Positions 62,410 to 64,000 of a stretch of DNA of 64,000 nt are shown one piece after another. The DNA is from Anolis carolinensis (taxonomy: Eukaryota), in contig NC_085842.1 of the NCBI RefSeq assembly GCF_035594765.1, forward strand, positions 208,517,747 through 208,581,746. Direction: 5' to 3'. Position 1 is the stretch's first letter; the number at the start of each line of letters is the position of its first letter. The position numbers were made by a program, and so were the translations under genes. The notes below the pieces were generated by a model. The model did no database searches and was not told where the DNA came from. It was given only the letters and a program-made list of their open reading frames with translations.

Positions 62410-62921
62410 GAACACAGAAATGTTGGACCATTCTAACAACCACTATGTCAGACTACACAGAGAAGCCATTAAAATCCACAAGCATGTGGACAGTTTCATC
62501 AGAAAGGAGGAAACCATGAAAAGGAACAAAATCTGGCTACCAGTATTTTAAAAAAATCTAAAATCAGGATAGTAAATAAAGAACAACACTCTGAAAACAG
62601 GGGAATTCCAGACAGGAAACAATCAGGGCCAGCTAACACCTCCCAACAAAGGATTCCCCCAGGCAGCAACCAGTCAGGCTTTGAAGCTGCAAGGCTTTTC
62701 AATGCTAATCAAGTACATTCACGCTTGCCTTCAACAGACAAAGTTCTGCTTCCACCCTGGACCTTCCACAAATCTAGTTTCCAATATACCTCACAACCTC
62801 TGAGGGTGCCTGCCATAGATGTGGGTGAAACGTTAGGAGAGAATGCTTCTGGAACATGGCCATACAGACCGGAAAACTCGCAGCAACTCAGTGATTCTGG
62901 CCATGAAAGCTTCGAAGACAC
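62410..62921 (+). mobile_element. PLE 3' fragment with endonuclease C-terminus
   Basis: Translates NTEMLDHSNNHYVRLHREAIKIHKH...NKIWLPV, matching the 805-aa ORF. Confidence 0.86.
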
Positions 62922-64000
62922 ATTGGACGCAGAAGAGTTTTCAGGCCATATCTTTGAAAGAAGGACAGTACCTCAAGGCGAAGGGAAACCTCCAGAGTTC
63001 CAACGCCTAAAGGGAGGAGAGAAGGAAGGCACCCCGATCGGGTTTCGCCTTGAAGGGAGGCAAAACAAGTTGTCTGTTTCTGAAGCCCATCCCAGCCGAG
63101 CGAAGGCTGCCTCTCAATGCCAAGGGTAGCCCAATTTCTCCCTCCTCCCAGCCCACTCCTCCTTGGGCGTCCTTTAAAGATGGGGCTCTTTTGTCAGGTA
63201 GAGTCAATCTGCTTCCTTCCTTTGAGGAAAGGGCTCCCCTTCCCGCCTTCCCCTCTGAATTATCTTTCTTACTAATGTAATGATTCCGTTTTGATTCAAC
63301 CACCTTCTCCTCGGTTCTCAACGCCTGGTGACTAAAACCTACCTGTGGTTTCAGAGTGAAGCAAATGGAAAAGAAATCTATTCAGAAGAAATTATACTGA
63401 GGTCATCTCAGGACGGCTCTTTTTGTGCCATTCATTCCTAGAATCGCATCTTTTCCCTTCTCACCTTTCAAACAACAAAAAGGGCTCCAGAGGAAACGTG
63501 TTGGGCTTGTTTTTTTTTTTAAAGGCGTTCAAAAGAGAAAGGGTTCAGCTCCCAAAGTGTATGGTAATAGACCGCTCTGGCTCTGTTTTGTTCCTGGACT
63601 GGGTTATTTGTTCCCGAGAGCTTAATTTACTGCAAGGCGAATTGACAGGATATCACTAATAAAGTCATTTTACCCTCCTGATGCGGTGTGAATTTGGTTA
63701 TGGGGCTTTTAAAACTGTCCAAAATTGGAGCCAGGGATGGAGGTTAAGGCGGGAGGATGCTACATAAGTAAACAAAGCCATGTTGGTAAGGGGCTCAACG
63801 CCAGTCTCTAACGTTATAGAAATAATAATAATAATAGTATTTCACGTCCCCCTCTCGCATCTTCACTTCTTTGAACAGCAACAGACCGAGTCAGCAATAT
63901 TTGGAAAGCGATTTTGCAAAAGAAAATAAAAATCTAGGCAGGAAGGAGAGAGCAAAGAAGCAAACAAAAGAGCTAATAGATAGCAACATCCAAGTGAAAA

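Noticed and set aside
31925-64000. HOXC11, miR-196 or an assignable HOTAIR exon
   Set aside because: No Hox11 coding motif or recognisable miRNA sequence seen. HOTAIR is too poorly conserved to call by eye.

Overview
Vertebrate genomic DNA from the posterior (5') end of a HoxC cluster. The repeat content strongly suggests a squamate, probably an Anolis lizard (inference). Two intact two-exon homeobox genes lie on the + strand: HOXC13 (CDS 3099-3801 + 9057-9313, 319 aa) and HOXC12 (CDS 28800-29409 + 31686-31924, 282 aa). More than 32 kb follows without reaching HOXC11. Unusually for a Hox cluster, the window is dense in transposable elements. There are about 19 Penelope-like element (PLE) loci. 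One is a 2.6 kb copy with an uninterrupted RT + GIY-YIG ORF nested inside a hAT MITE. There are also tRNA- and 5S-derived SINEs, several MITE families, a TG...CA element with long TIRs, and minisatellites. The main observations are: (1) the PLE terminal repeat carries a minimal type I hammerhead ribozyme motif spread across the cluster, with two perfect copies; (2) the 5'-truncated PLE ORF has an in-frame ATG supplied by its host MITE; (3) PLE ends recur as fold-back hairpins, and an inverted pair lies in the probable HOXC13 3' UTR; (4) a ~1.17 kb AG-free polypyrimidine tract precedes HOXC13 exon 2; (5) a Met-Leu-stop uORF overlaps the HOXC13 start codon. TE family names come from pattern recognition, not a database search.
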